Assembly: GCA_963733035.1 (NCBI GenBank)
Contig: CAVTBU010000005.1
Span: 1,664,001 to 1,728,000, forward strand
Source: Pirellulales bacterium
Lineage (GTDB): Bacteria; Planctomycetota; Planctomycetia; Pirellulales; PALSA-1355
Reading direction: 5' to 3'
Length of the DNA: 64,000 bases
In this document: piece after piece, positions 1-9,668 of the stretch
How positions within the stretch are numbered: position 1 is the first letter of the stretch
Layout of the letters: each line of letters begins with the position of its first letter
Position numbers and translations under genes: made by a program
Notes under the pieces: model-generated
Databases searched by the model: none
Told to the model about the DNA's origin: nothing
What the model saw: only the letters and a program-made list of their open reading frames with translations

Positions 1-63
1 GCAGGCAAGACCCGCGACGGTCAAGAAGTGACGTCCGCGGCCCCCGCGCTCGTGCAAACCTGA
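1..63 (+). CDS. Possible 3' end of a gene that starts before the window (…AGKTRDGQEVTSAAPALVQT*)
   Basis: Open frame from base 1 to TGA at 61-63 with GC-rich third positions; too short to identify. Confidence 0.35.
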   Translation, partial: AGKTRDGQEVTSAAPALVQT

Positions 64-202
64 ATTCACAAGAGAAAGTGGCCGGCGAGCCCGGGACAGC
101 CGCCCAGGTGCGCACTGCGGTTGCGGCCGTTATGGATAGTGGCACGCTCCACGTATTGCGACTACGATGAAGCGTTTGCCGCGGCTTTGGGGGTCTTGCG
201 TC

Positions 203-1282
203 ATGATGAAGTTTCTGTTGTCGGCTTGCCTCGGTCTGGTCGCGTTTGCCCCTGCTTGTGCTGAGGAGGAGATCCGTATCGAACGGTTGTTTGGGCCGGA
301 GATTCCAGGGCAATACAAGCATCCGGCATCGATCGCCGAGCTGGACAACGGCGACTTGTACGTCGTCTACTACGGCGGGGAAGGGGAATACGAGGGAGAC
401 ACGGCCGTCTATGGATCGCGGCTACCTGAGGGAAGTCGCCAGTGGTCGCGTCCGCAAATCATTGCCGACACGCCCGGTCGCTCGGAAGGGAACGCCGCCG
501 TGTGGCAGGCGCCTGACGGCATGGTATGGCTGTTTTATATCACTAACTACGGACCGACGTGGTCGACCTCGCGAATTAAGTACAAACTTTCCAGCGATCA
601 GGCGAAGTCGTGGTCTGATCCGGTCGTGCTGACGTTTGAATTGGGCTCGATGGTTCGCGGGGCGCCGATCGTACTGCGCGACGGTGACTATCTGCTGCCG
701 GTCTATCACGAGACAGGGGAAGATCGAGAAGGGACCGCGTCCGACACCTCAAGCTACTTTCTCCGCTACGATCCCAAGACGAAAACGTGGACCGAGTCCA
801 GTCGCATTCGTTCGTCCAATGGGAACTTGCAGCCGGCGGCGGTGCAGATTGACGATGACTACCTGATTGCCTACTTGCGACCCGGCGGCGATTTCGAGCC
901 CAACCCGAAGCGGTTCGTGTTGCGCAGCGAGTCGCGCGATGGCGGCCGCACGTGGAGCAAGGGAGAGAACACACAATTCCCCAATCCCAACTCCGCGGTC
1001 GACTTTATCAAGCTCAAAAGCGGCCACTTGTTGCTGGTCTACAACAATACCAACGTGGGTGACCGAATGCCGCTCACGGTTGCCATATCGACGGACAACG
1101 ACCGGACGTATCCGCATCGTCGCGACATCGTCAACCAGCCGAGCGACACGGCCGCGTATCCGGTGGCCATTCAAACCCGCGACGGCAAGATCCACGTCGT
1201 CTATACTTCGGACAATCGCAAGGTCGTCAACCAGGCGGTATTCGACGAAAACGCGATCCTGGGGCACACGCCAACGCATTGA
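203..1282 (+). CDS. Secreted exo-alpha-sialidase-like / BNR (Asp-box) repeat beta-propeller protein
   Basis: Signal peptide MMKFLLSACLGLVAFAPACA; Asp-boxes SSDQAKSW, SRDGGRTW, STDNDRTY; C-terminal YP…DGKIHVVYT. ATG 203 preferred over 167. Confidence 0.85.
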   Translation: MMKFLLSACLGLVAFAPACAEEEIRIERLFGPEIPGQYKHPASIAELDNGDLYVVYYGGEGEYEGDTAVYGSRLPEGSRQWSRPQIIADTPGRSEGNAAVWQAPDGMVWLFYITNYGPTWSTSRIKYKLSSDQAKSWSDPVVLTFELGSMVRGAPIVLRDGDYLLPVYHETGEDREGTASDTSSYFLRYDPKTKTWTESSRIRSSNGNLQPAAVQIDDDYLIAYLRPGGDFEPNPKRFVLRSESRDGGRTWSKGENTQFPNPNSAVDFIKLKSGHLLLVYNNTNVGDRMPLTVAISTDNDRTYPHRRDIVNQPSDTAAYPVAIQTRDGKIHVVYTSDNRKVVNQAVFDENAILGHTPTH

Positions 1283-1327
1283 TGCCAAACATCGATACGA
1301 CAAGATTCACGGACAAGCGGCGCGAAC

Positions 1328-1789
1328 ATGCTTGAACCACCTCGAATCATCCAGACCGAAGTTCAGCTTACGGCGATCATTCGCCTGACGGTTCCGCGGG
1401 CGGAGATTCAACAGGTGATGGGGCCGGCGATAGCCGAAGTGATGGCGGCCACAGGTGCGCAGGGCATCGCGGCTGGACCGGTGTTTTCCTATCATCCGCG
1501 CATGGATCCCGAGGTGTTCGATTTTGAGGTTGGCGTGCCGGTGACGAAGCCCGTGACTCCCGCGGGACGCGTGCAGGCGAGTCAACTGCCGGCAGCGCGG
1601 GTTGCGCGCACGGCGTACCAGGGTCCCTACGAAGGACTCGCCGCGGCCTGGGGCGAATTTGGAAAATGGATTGCGGCGGCCGGATATCAGGCGACGCCTG
1701 ATCTTTGGGAGTGCTACGTCCAAGGGCCCGAGTCGAATCCCGACCCAGCGACATTTCGTACGGAATTGAATCGACCGCTCGTTGATTGA
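1328..1789 (+). CDS. GyrI-like small-molecule-binding domain protein
   Basis: Motifs DFEVGVPV, LPAARVA, YQGPYEGLAAAWGEF, WECY…GP typical of GyrI/AraC effector-binding fold. Confidence 0.85.
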   Translation: MLEPPRIIQTEVQLTAIIRLTVPRAEIQQVMGPAIAEVMAATGAQGIAAGPVFSYHPRMDPEVFDFEVGVPVTKPVTPAGRVQASQLPAARVARTAYQGPYEGLAAAWGEFGKWIAAAGYQATPDLWECYVQGPESNPDPATFRTELNRPLVD

Positions 1790-2062
1790 GGTTGCGACGG
1801 CAACGCCTGTCAGGCCGGAAGGTATTAGGAGGTGAAGTCGCTCGGGCGGGGCGATCCGTAGGGAGCCTGGCGTACCGAAGGAACTGCGCATCGGGCATTA
1901 AGGCTTAGCAATGGTCGCAGACAGCTCGTATGTTTTCCCGGATTTAGTCCCAGTCGTCTTGTGTCGCCTCCCCCTGCCAACGGGCGAACGTATTGAACCT
2001 GGGCGTCAACCAGAACAAAATCTGAGGGAACTGGCAGACCACTTTCCTGGCGGTAATGGACC

Positions 2063-3444
2063 ATGACTCCACGGCTTCGCGGGTATGGCATCGCATTGCT
2101 CTGTCTTGTCGTCGCGACGGCCTGTCGAATCGTTCTCAATCCCATCCTGGGCTACGCGGTCATCTACGGCCTGCTGTTGATCAGCGTGTGGGCTAGCGCT
2201 CGACTCGGCGGATTCGGTCCGTCGTTGTTCGCGGTGGGCGGCGGGGCGATTCTAGCGTACGGGCTAAGCTATTCCGATCCCACGTTCGATTGGACAGATT
2301 TTGAGCTTGGCATCGGCTTGATTTTGTACGCTGCGCTGGGCGTCATTGTCAGCTTGTTGTGCCGATCGGAGTTCAATGCGCGGTGGTCGTTGATTCAACA
2401 ACTTGCAAAGCATCACACCCTCGAGGAGATAAGTCGCACCAACGAAGGTCGCTTGCAGGCCATCATGGACAACACCACCGCGGTCATCTACATCAAGGAT
2501 CTGCAAGGGCGATTCGTGATGGCTAACCGGTGGTTCGAGGAATTATCCACGCACGGTCCGATCGTGGGTAAAACCGATGCCGATATTTTTCCCAGTGACG
2601 TCGTGGCCAGGATCCAAGCCAACGACCGGCTGGTGAGAGAGACCGGCAAGCCGGTTGAGTTCGAGGAGGTTGTGCCGCAAAGTGACGGACTGCACACGTA
2701 TGTCGCGATCAAGTTCCCGCTCTTTGATTCCGCGGGGCAAATTACGGCAATCGGTGGCATCTCGACGGACATTTCCGATCGCAAGCGAGCAGCGGACGCA
2801 CTCGAGGCGGAACAGGAAATGCTACGCCATACGATCCATGTGCAAGACCAGGAGCGGCAGCTGATTGCCTACGAAATTCACGATGGTCTGATTCAATATG
2901 TCACCGGAGCGTTGATGCAATTGGAAGCCCTGCAAGCCAACGCAGATTCGCAACCCGCCGCGTCGGTTGAGAACATCGTGGAAATCTTGCGTGCGCCGTG
3001 GCCGAAGGTCGCCGCTTGATCAATGGAATTCGCACGCCCGTGCTGGACGGTTTGGGAGTCGTGGCCGCGGTCGAACATCTGATCCAGGAAGAAGATCGGG
3101 CGCATGTAGAGATTGAGTTTCTCAAGGATGACGAAATCGATCGCATGGAACCCAAAATCGAGGAAGCCATTTATCGCATCACGCAGGAGGCCTTAACGAA
3201 CATCGGCAAACACAGTCACAGCAAAAGCATCCGAGTGGAACTCGGGCGCCGCGGAGAACATGTGCATCTCGAAGTTCGTGATTGGGGCGTGGGCTTTACG
3301 CCGACCAGCGGGTCCACGGGCATCCATGGCCTGCGAGGAATGATGGAGCGCGCACGAATCGTCGGCGGCATGTGCAAAATCGAAAGCGCGCCCGGAGAGG
3401 GCACGCGCGTGATCGCGGACGTGCCCTACTTGAACAGAACCTGA
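2063..3444 (+). CDS. Membrane PAS-domain sensor histidine kinase (HisKA_3/NarX-type), apparent -1 frameshift near 2993-2996
   Basis: ORF 2063-3019 has TM segments, PAS (IMDNTTAVIYIKDLQGRF) and H-box ERQLIAYEIHDG; ORF 2998-3444 has RITQEALTNIGKHS, DWGVGF, HGLRGMMER (HATPase). The halves join with one missing base. Confidence 0.85.
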
Positions 3445-3681
3445 GGCAGGTGCGGTACCAGTCGGATCTTGTGAACCGGGGCGCGAGGCAGCGTTCTGGC
3501 TGCCATCCGCCGAGGCTTGGCTTGGGCGACGTCTTGATTTGTCGTCCGCGTCGTCGGTCTGGCGACGCTAGCAGCTCAAGCCATCATCGACGATTCTCAT
3601 TGACTTGGTCGCGCCCTCGACGATAGAGTTCGGGGCCTTTCAAGTTCCAGGCGACCGGCAGACGATGCGCGAGGGTTCGCA

Positions 3682-4668
3682 ATGTTCAAACTCGGTGCTT
3701 TCTTCACGTTTGTCGCGGCGTCGCTGTGGATCGCGGTGGATTCGCTTCCCGGCTTTTTCTCCGAACCTGTTCGGGTCGTCTTCGATTTGCCTGAGATTGT
3801 CGAGTGCCGCGACGTGACGCCGGTTGAATTCGCAAGAACACATCCAACCGTAAAGGTCATCGAGGCCAAGTTCCGCGTATCCGCCAGGCTTGTCGCCGGG
3901 TCCGAATCCGACGTCGAGGATTTTCTGTATGTGATCGCCAGCGGTGACCAGCAGATGCGGTTTCAGGACTACCTTCCGAACACGTCGCTGGAGAGCTCGG
4001 TCGCCGAGAACGAAATTGAAATCACCGACACCACGGAGAACGCCAAAGGGGGAGAAATTGGGACGCATGTCGCTTATCAAGGGGTGGGCGGAGGCGTCTC
4101 GAGGACCAAGAATTCCAAGCACACCCACGCCGATCACTACAAGGAGATAGCCCCGCAGGCACTAGTGGTGGCCAGCGGCACGACCGATCACGAGCATGGT
4201 GTCTTTTTCAAACTCAAACCGTCGAGAGCGGCTTCCCTGGAGGGAGCTAAAGAATTCACGTTCCTGGCCACGGTGCCGATTTCGTGGAGGGGCGGATGGT
4301 GCACGGTCTCTTGCGCTGCCAGAGGGAAATCCAAAGCTCTCTTCTCCCGAAGTGGAGTGGTGCCTGCCGGAGTAGCGCAGTCGCAGGTCGGTCTCTACTT
4401 GCTGGGCGACGCCGAGGCCAATCGCCTGGCTGAGGAGTTGGGTGCCGTTCAACGACGACATGCGGATGTTTTGGCAGGCCACCTCGAGAAAAACGGCTTC
4501 CTGGACATGATGTACGATGCCGCTTCGACAGGGCGCACCGCCTCCTTGTGCGGAGTCTTCAAAATCAGCCCCGCACACTGGGGATTTGACACGGGAGAAG
4601 ACGAACTCGACGAGGCGCAGCATGACTTGCTCAGCGTTCAGCAGCGCCTCGAGGAACTATCCGAGTAG
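3682..4668 (+). CDS. Hypothetical exported protein
   Basis: 328-aa ORF with hydrophobic N-terminus, GAGGG before the ATG and coding-like composition; no recognised family. Confidence 0.75.
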   Translation: MFKLGAFFTFVAASLWIAVDSLPGFFSEPVRVVFDLPEIVECRDVTPVEFARTHPTVKVIEAKFRVSARLVAGSESDVEDFLYVIASGDQQMRFQDYLPNTSLESSVAENEIEITDTTENAKGGEIGTHVAYQGVGGGVSRTKNSKHTHADHYKEIAPQALVVASGTTDHEHGVFFKLKPSRAASLEGAKEFTFLATVPISWRGGWCTVSCAARGKSKALFSRSGVVPAGVAQSQVGLYLLGDAEANRLAEELGAVQRRHADVLAGHLEKNGFLDMMYDAASTGRTASLCGVFKISPAHWGFDTGEDELDEAQHDLLSVQQRLEELSE

Positions 4669-4710
4669 CGTCGGTCCCCGTTTCCAGGCCGAACACGTCC
4701 AGCAATTTTT

Positions 4711-5706
4711 TCAACGTCGCCGGGGCGGCGGCATGCGCAGGTTTACCGGCGTGCCACGGAATGCGCGCGGGATGACCGGCCAGTCCTCGGTCAGAAAATA
4801 GGCGTACGTGCCGCCGGGAAAGTCGGGCGTCTTGCCGAAGCGACCGTTGCACTCGTCGAGATCACCGCGGCCGGCCACGTATTCGTAGTCCTGGATGAAC
4901 GTCCCATCGTACTGTCCGCCGGGCTGGTGCTGGCCACCAGGTCGTTTCCCCGGCTTCAATCGGTAGCTGGATTTGAGCGCCACGATTTTCGATTCCGGAT
5001 CGTTCGCGTCCGCGTAGCCGTAGACGGCATAGACCGGGAAACCATCGGCTGCCCAACCGATTTGCGGTGAATGCTTGCGATCGCTCCAGCCGAGTTCCTT
5101 GAGCAGCAGTGTGGGTAGCCCATGATAGTGGTAGCCGCCGTTAGGCTGGACGTGTGCGTAATTGGCGTCGATGCCCAGCGGCACCGCGCCGCCAAGCGCC
5201 TCATAGTTCCAGCCGCGCGGGTCGCCATCGTAGAATTCAGCCGTCCCGGGATCGAACAGCACGCCGTTGATTGCGACGCCAAACGGCATGTTCGGCGGTC
5301 CGCGGCGGCCCGTGCTGTTGTGCAGCGGCGTAATCCGCGCCGCGGGCTGCGGATTGGCGGGCAGATTGAACTGGTAGCGCTGTTCGCGGATCGCGTTCGG
5401 GTTGCCGCGGTTCGGGAACATGCCGACGTTGTGATTGGGAATGCCGTTGGCCGAAACGTGGCGGTGGCCGTGTTGCTCGTCGATCTCGGCCTGGCTCTTG
5501 GCGGGCGGCTTTTGGCTGGCGGGCACCAGTTGCAGTGGCCGCGTGCCGATCGCAAACAGACGCCGCAAGGGAGGTGGACCTTGGGCCCACACGTACCAAC
5601 TGGCACCCACGAACGACACGGCAAGGACCACGGCCAGCCATCGTTTTGCCAGCATGGCAATGAGTCGGCGAAACGTCATCGGCACATACCCTGTTTGTCC
5701 CGTCAT
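4711..5706 (-). CDS. YHYH domain protein (exported)
   Basis: NGIPNH, FGVAINGVLFDP, AHVQPNGGYHYHG, IGWAADGFPVY, DLDECNGR motifs; hydrophobic N-terminal segment. True start may be 5679 or 5655. Confidence 0.88.
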   Translation of the reverse strand: MTGQTGYVPMTFRRLIAMLAKRWLAVVLAVSFVGASWYVWAQGPPPLRRLFAIGTRPLQLVPASQKPPAKSQAEIDEQHGHRHVSANGIPNHNVGMFPNRGNPNAIREQRYQFNLPANPQPAARITPLHNSTGRRGPPNMPFGVAINGVLFDPGTAEFYDGDPRGWNYEALGGAVPLGIDANYAHVQPNGGYHYHGLPTLLLKELGWSDRKHSPQIGWAADGFPVYAVYGYADANDPESKIVALKSSYRLKPGKRPGGQHQPGGQYDGTFIQDYEYVAGRGDLDECNGRFGKTPDFPGGTYAYFLTEDWPVIPRAFRGTPVNLRMPPPRRR

Positions 5707-5975
5707 GGAAATAAAGAATTCGACTCTTCAAATAGCCTACCATCCAGTTCAGCGCACCGCACCCCGTGCCGGTCGCCCATTCTTCCGGGGCACCGGGCCG
5801 TCGGTCGATTTATTTTGGAAACGTATGAATGATCGAACGTGCCAGCGTGCGTCGACGGGCTGAGCCTCCGCAACTCGGAATCCATCGTGCCACGATCGCG
5901 TGCTGACACGCTCAACGACGCCTCCTCAAGCGCGCCCCTTCAGCTCACATGCTTCGCTCATCGCACGCGCGACCG

Positions 5976-6005
5976 AAGTTCGACACGCTTGGCGCAAGTT
6001 CGACA
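5976..6005. promoter_or_regulatory. Perfect 10-bp direct repeat AAGTTCGACA (20-bp period), candidate regulator binding site
   Basis: AAGTTCGACA at 5976-5985 and 5996-6005 in the divergent YHYH/pfkB intergenic region. Confidence 0.4.
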
Positions 6006-6159
6006 GGTGAACATACTACGCGGTAGGTAGTTGATCGTTGTTCGGTCAAGTTTGGCGTGTTGCGGCGTTCGGTAACACGCGCATGCGGCGAATTGGGGCC
6101 GATCGACTGGATTGCAAGCGCGCCGATCGTAACGAAGTTTCTTTGAGCACGACCACCTG

Positions 6160-7116
6160 ATGTCATCCAAAATTCGCGTCGTGACATTGACGATGAATCC
6201 GGCCATCGACTCGAATTGTTCCGTCGAGCGAGTCGAACCCGAAGCCAAGATGCGGTGCGATGAACCCTCGTTTTTTCCTGGCGGCGGCGGAATCAACGTC
6301 GCCCGAGCGATCCGAGAATTGGGGGGCCACGCGATCGCCTATTGGACCAAAGGGGGCGCGCTGGGAGATTTGCTCAAACACTTGCTAGATTTATCGCGAA
6401 CCGCGAACCAGGCCCTGCCGATCGCAGGAATGACTCGCGAGAATCTGGTGGTCACCGAGCGCGCCAGTGGCTGCCAGTATCGATTCTGCATGCCGGGTCC
6501 GCGGTTGCTTGAACACGAAGCCGAGAACTGCATCGCGCAATTGCGGAGTATGCCGCCAGCCGACTACCTGGTTCTCAGTGGCAGCCTCCCTCCCGGCGTT
6601 ACGGACGATTTTTACGCGCGGATAGCCCGCAGCATTCACTCGGATTGCCGCGTCGTGCTTGACACGAGTGGCCAGGCCTTGCGAGACGGCCTGAAGGCAC
6701 CCATTTACTTGATCAAACCAAATCTCAAGGAACTTGGCGGTCTGGTTGGCCGGGAAGTTTGCTCCGCCAGCGACATCAAGGACATCTCCAAATCGCTGAT
6801 CGAGCAAGGACGCGTGCGAATCGTCGTCACGTCGCTTGGTGCCGATGGCGCCATTGTGGTGACTTCCGAGGGCGCCGAACACATCCCCGCTCCCCAGGTG
6901 CCAATCCGCAGCAAAGTTGGTGCAGGAGACAGCGCTGTTGCCGGCATCGTTGTCGGACTAGTCCGTGGCCTGAGTATTACGCAGGCCGTAAGGTTTGGCG
7001 TCGCCGCCGGATCGGCTGCCGTAATCACAGAGGGGACTGAACTGTGTCGTCGATCGGACGTGGAACGGCTCTATGGCGAGATGCAGGGCGACATCGCCGC
7101 GCCGCAACGGCCTTGA
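6160..7116 (+). CDS. pfkB: 1-phosphofructokinase family hexose kinase (PfkB/ribokinase family)
   Basis: TLTMNPAID, PGGGGINVAR, LSGSLPPG, IKPNLKEL, SKVGAGDS signatures. Confidence 0.92.
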   Translation: MSSKIRVVTLTMNPAIDSNCSVERVEPEAKMRCDEPSFFPGGGGINVARAIRELGGHAIAYWTKGGALGDLLKHLLDLSRTANQALPIAGMTRENLVVTERASGCQYRFCMPGPRLLEHEAENCIAQLRSMPPADYLVLSGSLPPGVTDDFYARIARSIHSDCRVVLDTSGQALRDGLKAPIYLIKPNLKELGGLVGREVCSASDIKDISKSLIEQGRVRIVVTSLGADGAIVVTSEGAEHIPAPQVPIRSKVGAGDSAVAGIVVGLVRGLSITQAVRFGVAAGSAAVITEGTELCRRSDVERLYGEMQGDIAAPQRP

Positions 7117-7149
7117 ATTCTGTCACCAAACCTCTCGGTTGGAGGAATC

Positions 7150-7614
7150 ATGAACAGCAACAAAATCGTTTTCGCGACGGACTATTCAGAAGCCAGCCAG
7201 CATGCCCTTCAATACGCAACCTGGCTGGCAAAGTCTGCAGGTAGCCACCTCTATATCGTGCACGTTTCCGAGCACGAACAATTTCCCGTGGGAGAGCTCT
7301 TCGATGAAGAGCCAGAACCCGATACGAACGAGCTGAAACGCTTAAAGGCGGTCGTGCCAGCTCAACAAGACGTACGTTACGAGCACCGCTTGCTCTACGG
7401 CGAGCCGGGAAGCGCCGAGGTCACCAAACCGGCCGAAGTGATTGTCAAGTTCGCCAACCAAGAAAACGCCGATACGATCGTGCTCGGCACGCATGGCCGC
7501 TCCGGATTCGGGCACGTGCTGATGGGCAGCGTGGCCGAAGCGGTTCTGCGGGAGGCGCCTTGCCCGGTGGTCACGGTGCGCGAGAGTAAGTCGGTGCAAA
7601 AGAAACCGAAATAA
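7150..7614 (+). CDS. Universal stress protein (Usp)
   Basis: IVFATDYSEAS, IVLGTHGRSG, LMGSVAEAVLREAPCPVVTV; GGAGGA Shine-Dalgarno at 7141. Confidence 0.95.
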   Translation: MNSNKIVFATDYSEASQHALQYATWLAKSAGSHLYIVHVSEHEQFPVGELFDEEPEPDTNELKRLKAVVPAQQDVRYEHRLLYGEPGSAEVTKPAEVIVKFANQENADTIVLGTHGRSGFGHVLMGSVAEAVLREAPCPVVTVRESKSVQKKPK

Positions 7615-7701
7615 GGCCGACTCTCTCGACCAGCCGACTCTCTCCACCATTTAAGTGGCACGTCGTAGCCGCAAAGAGGCACGCGTGGGCGCTTCACGGA
7701 C

Positions 7702-8844
7702 TTGGGGCGGCGCGGTGTCTTGTTGCCGCTCCGCGCTCTGTTACTCGTGTTTATGCTCGCCTTGATTGCGTTCGCGATTGATATCGGCACCTTGCAGGTT
7801 GCCCGAACGCAACTCCAGCAATCAGCCGACGCGGCGGCGCTGGCGGCCGCGTCGGACCTAATTGACGACGATTCGTTCGGCGCGACGCCGGACCTGACCG
7901 ATGAGATTGTATTGGCCCGCACACACGCGGCGCAGTACGCGTTGGCCAACAAGATCTGTACGTCGGCGCCCACGATTGACATGAACTCAGGAAACAGCAC
8001 CTCCGGCGACGTCGTCATTGGCTATCTCCAAGACCCGTCGAATCAGAGTCAGACGCTCACTTTCACCGACCCGAATCAGTTCAACGCCGTGCAAGTGCGC
8101 GTGCAGCGGTCGCAAACAGAGAATGGCGAGGTGCCGTTGTTCTTTGCGCGGGTGTTGGGCGCCAACAGTGAAAGCGTTTCGGCAACCGCGACCGCGGCCA
8201 TTCTGAAGAACTTTTCCGGTTTCAAGGCTCCCTCCAACGGAAACAACCTTGGGCTGCTTCCTTTCGCGTTGGACGAAGAAACTTGGAACGACATGATGGC
8301 CGGAGGCGGCACCGATCAGTGGGCGTGGGATGATACGAATAACGCCGTCGGCTCAGGCAGCGACGGCATTCGCGAAGTGAACCTCTATCCCCAGGGCACG
8401 GGCTCGCCGGGCAATCGAGGCACCGTCGATATCGGCAGCAGCAACAACAGCACCAACGATATCGCCCGCCAGATTGTGAGCGGAGTGAGTTCTTCGGACC
8501 TCGCTCAACTACCCGGAGCGCAACTGGTGCTTAACGAAGATGGAACTTTGAACCTCAATGGCGATACCGGCATCAGCGCTGGCGTCAAAGACGAGCTTGC
8601 TTCCATCAAGGGACAAACTCGCGTCATCCCGATCTTTCGCAGTGTAACGGGGCCCGGCAACAACGCGCAGTATGAAATCGTGATGTTCGTAGGCATCCGA
8701 GTCCTGGATGTAAAACTCACCGGAGCCATGAGCGGCAAACGAGTCATGGTGCAGCCGGCAAACGTGAAAATGGAGGGCGGCATTGCCGGCAGCGGTACGC
8801 AAACAAGCTACTTCGTGCATTCGCCGGTCTGGATTGCTCGCTAG
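7702..8844 (+). CDS. TadG-like Flp pilus assembly / pseudopilin protein
   Basis: Prepilin-type RRG followed by hydrophobic stretch and AFAIDIG…RTQLQQSADAAALAAA; VPLFFARVLG. Start uncertain (TTG 7702, or GTG 7655 if there is a 1-base loss near GGGCGC ~7687-7692). Confidence 0.82.
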   Translation: MGRRGVLLPLRALLLVFMLALIAFAIDIGTLQVARTQLQQSADAAALAAASDLIDDDSFGATPDLTDEIVLARTHAAQYALANKICTSAPTIDMNSGNSTSGDVVIGYLQDPSNQSQTLTFTDPNQFNAVQVRVQRSQTENGEVPLFFARVLGANSESVSATATAAILKNFSGFKAPSNGNNLGLLPFALDEETWNDMMAGGGTDQWAWDDTNNAVGSGSDGIREVNLYPQGTGSPGNRGTVDIGSSNNSTNDIARQIVSGVSSSDLAQLPGAQLVLNEDGTLNLNGDTGISAGVKDELASIKGQTRVIPIFRSVTGPGNNAQYEIVMFVGIRVLDVKLTGAMSGKRVMVQPANVKMEGGIAGSGTQTSYFVHSPVWIAR

Positions 8845-8872
8845 GGATTAAAGTATTCGAGGAGAGCGAGTC

Positions 8873-9376
8873 ATGTTCCCCCGATTAAGCAATAGCTGCT
8901 TGTGGCCCCAGGTTGACGGCCATGACGGCCTACCAAGCATTTCGCGATTGGCGCGGGTGTCCCGGCATCGTCGCTGTCGGTCGCGCCGTCGCAGGGGTTC
9001 CGCGGTCGTCGAGTTCGCCGTGGTTGCCCCGGTGTTCGTGCTGCTCGTGTTCGGCATGATCGAGTACGGACGAATGGTGATGGTGCAACAGATCCTCACC
9101 AATTCTGCCCGCGAAGGGGCACGTGTTGGAATTCTCGACAACAGCACCGAGAGCGACGTTGACACGGCCGTCAATCGCTACCTCACGGCGGCGGGTATTA
9201 GTGGCGCGACAACGACCGTAACACCCGATCCGCCCAGTTCCGCATCTGCGGGAAACCCCGTTTCGGTGCAGGTCTCCGTCGGTTTCAACCAGGTCAGCTG
9301 GCTACCATCGCCGTTCTATCTCGGTGGGACGACCTTGAGCTACACCGCGACCATGCGGCGTGAAACGAACCCGTAA
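8873..9376 (+). CDS. TadE/TadG family pseudopilin
   Basis: RRRGSAVVEFAVVAPVFVLLVFGMIEYGR…LTNSAREGAR is the TadE signature; true start probably downstream of 8873. Confidence 0.88.
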   Translation: MFPRLSNSCLWPQVDGHDGLPSISRLARVSRHRRCRSRRRRGSAVVEFAVVAPVFVLLVFGMIEYGRMVMVQQILTNSAREGARVGILDNSTESDVDTAVNRYLTAAGISGATTTVTPDPPSSASAGNPVSVQVSVGFNQVSWLPSPFYLGGTTLSYTATMRRETNP

Positions 9377-9585
9377 GTTCACGCCACTCCTTGCGGACCT
9401 TCGAGATTTCTTTCGGCGGCGCGTCGTTTTCGCCGGCTCGCGCGCGGCATGTCCTCGTCGGCCACTCACTTGATGAGCGAACTGGCCCGGATAGGGCGAA
9501 ATCGCACATCACGCGAGGGCTGCTGCTCTTGCAACCGATGCCGGATTGGTTGCCAATCACATTGGCTGGTACACACGAGCGGCGG

Positions 9586-9601
9586 CGGCACATTCTTTGC
9601 T
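9586..9601 (+). promoter_or_regulatory. Sigma-54 (-24/-12) promoter of the SQR-RND operon
   Basis: CGGCAC-ATTCT-TTGCT with GG at 9587-88 and GC at 9599-9600 (exact 10-nt spacing), ending 67 bp before the ATG at 9669. Confidence 0.65.
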
Positions 9602-9668
9602 CCCTGACGTTCCTGAAACGTCGGACTGATCCCATGCAAAGCGTCTCCAACAGGGAGGGCAGAATTCC

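Noticed and set aside
6031..6049. TTGAT…TCAA resembling an FNR/CRP box upstream of pfkB
   Set aside because: Spacing is far longer than TTGAT-N4-ATCAA.
7656..7692. TGGCACG / AGGCACG as sigma-54 -24 elements upstream of tadG
   Set aside because: No GC at the required 10-nt distance from the GG.
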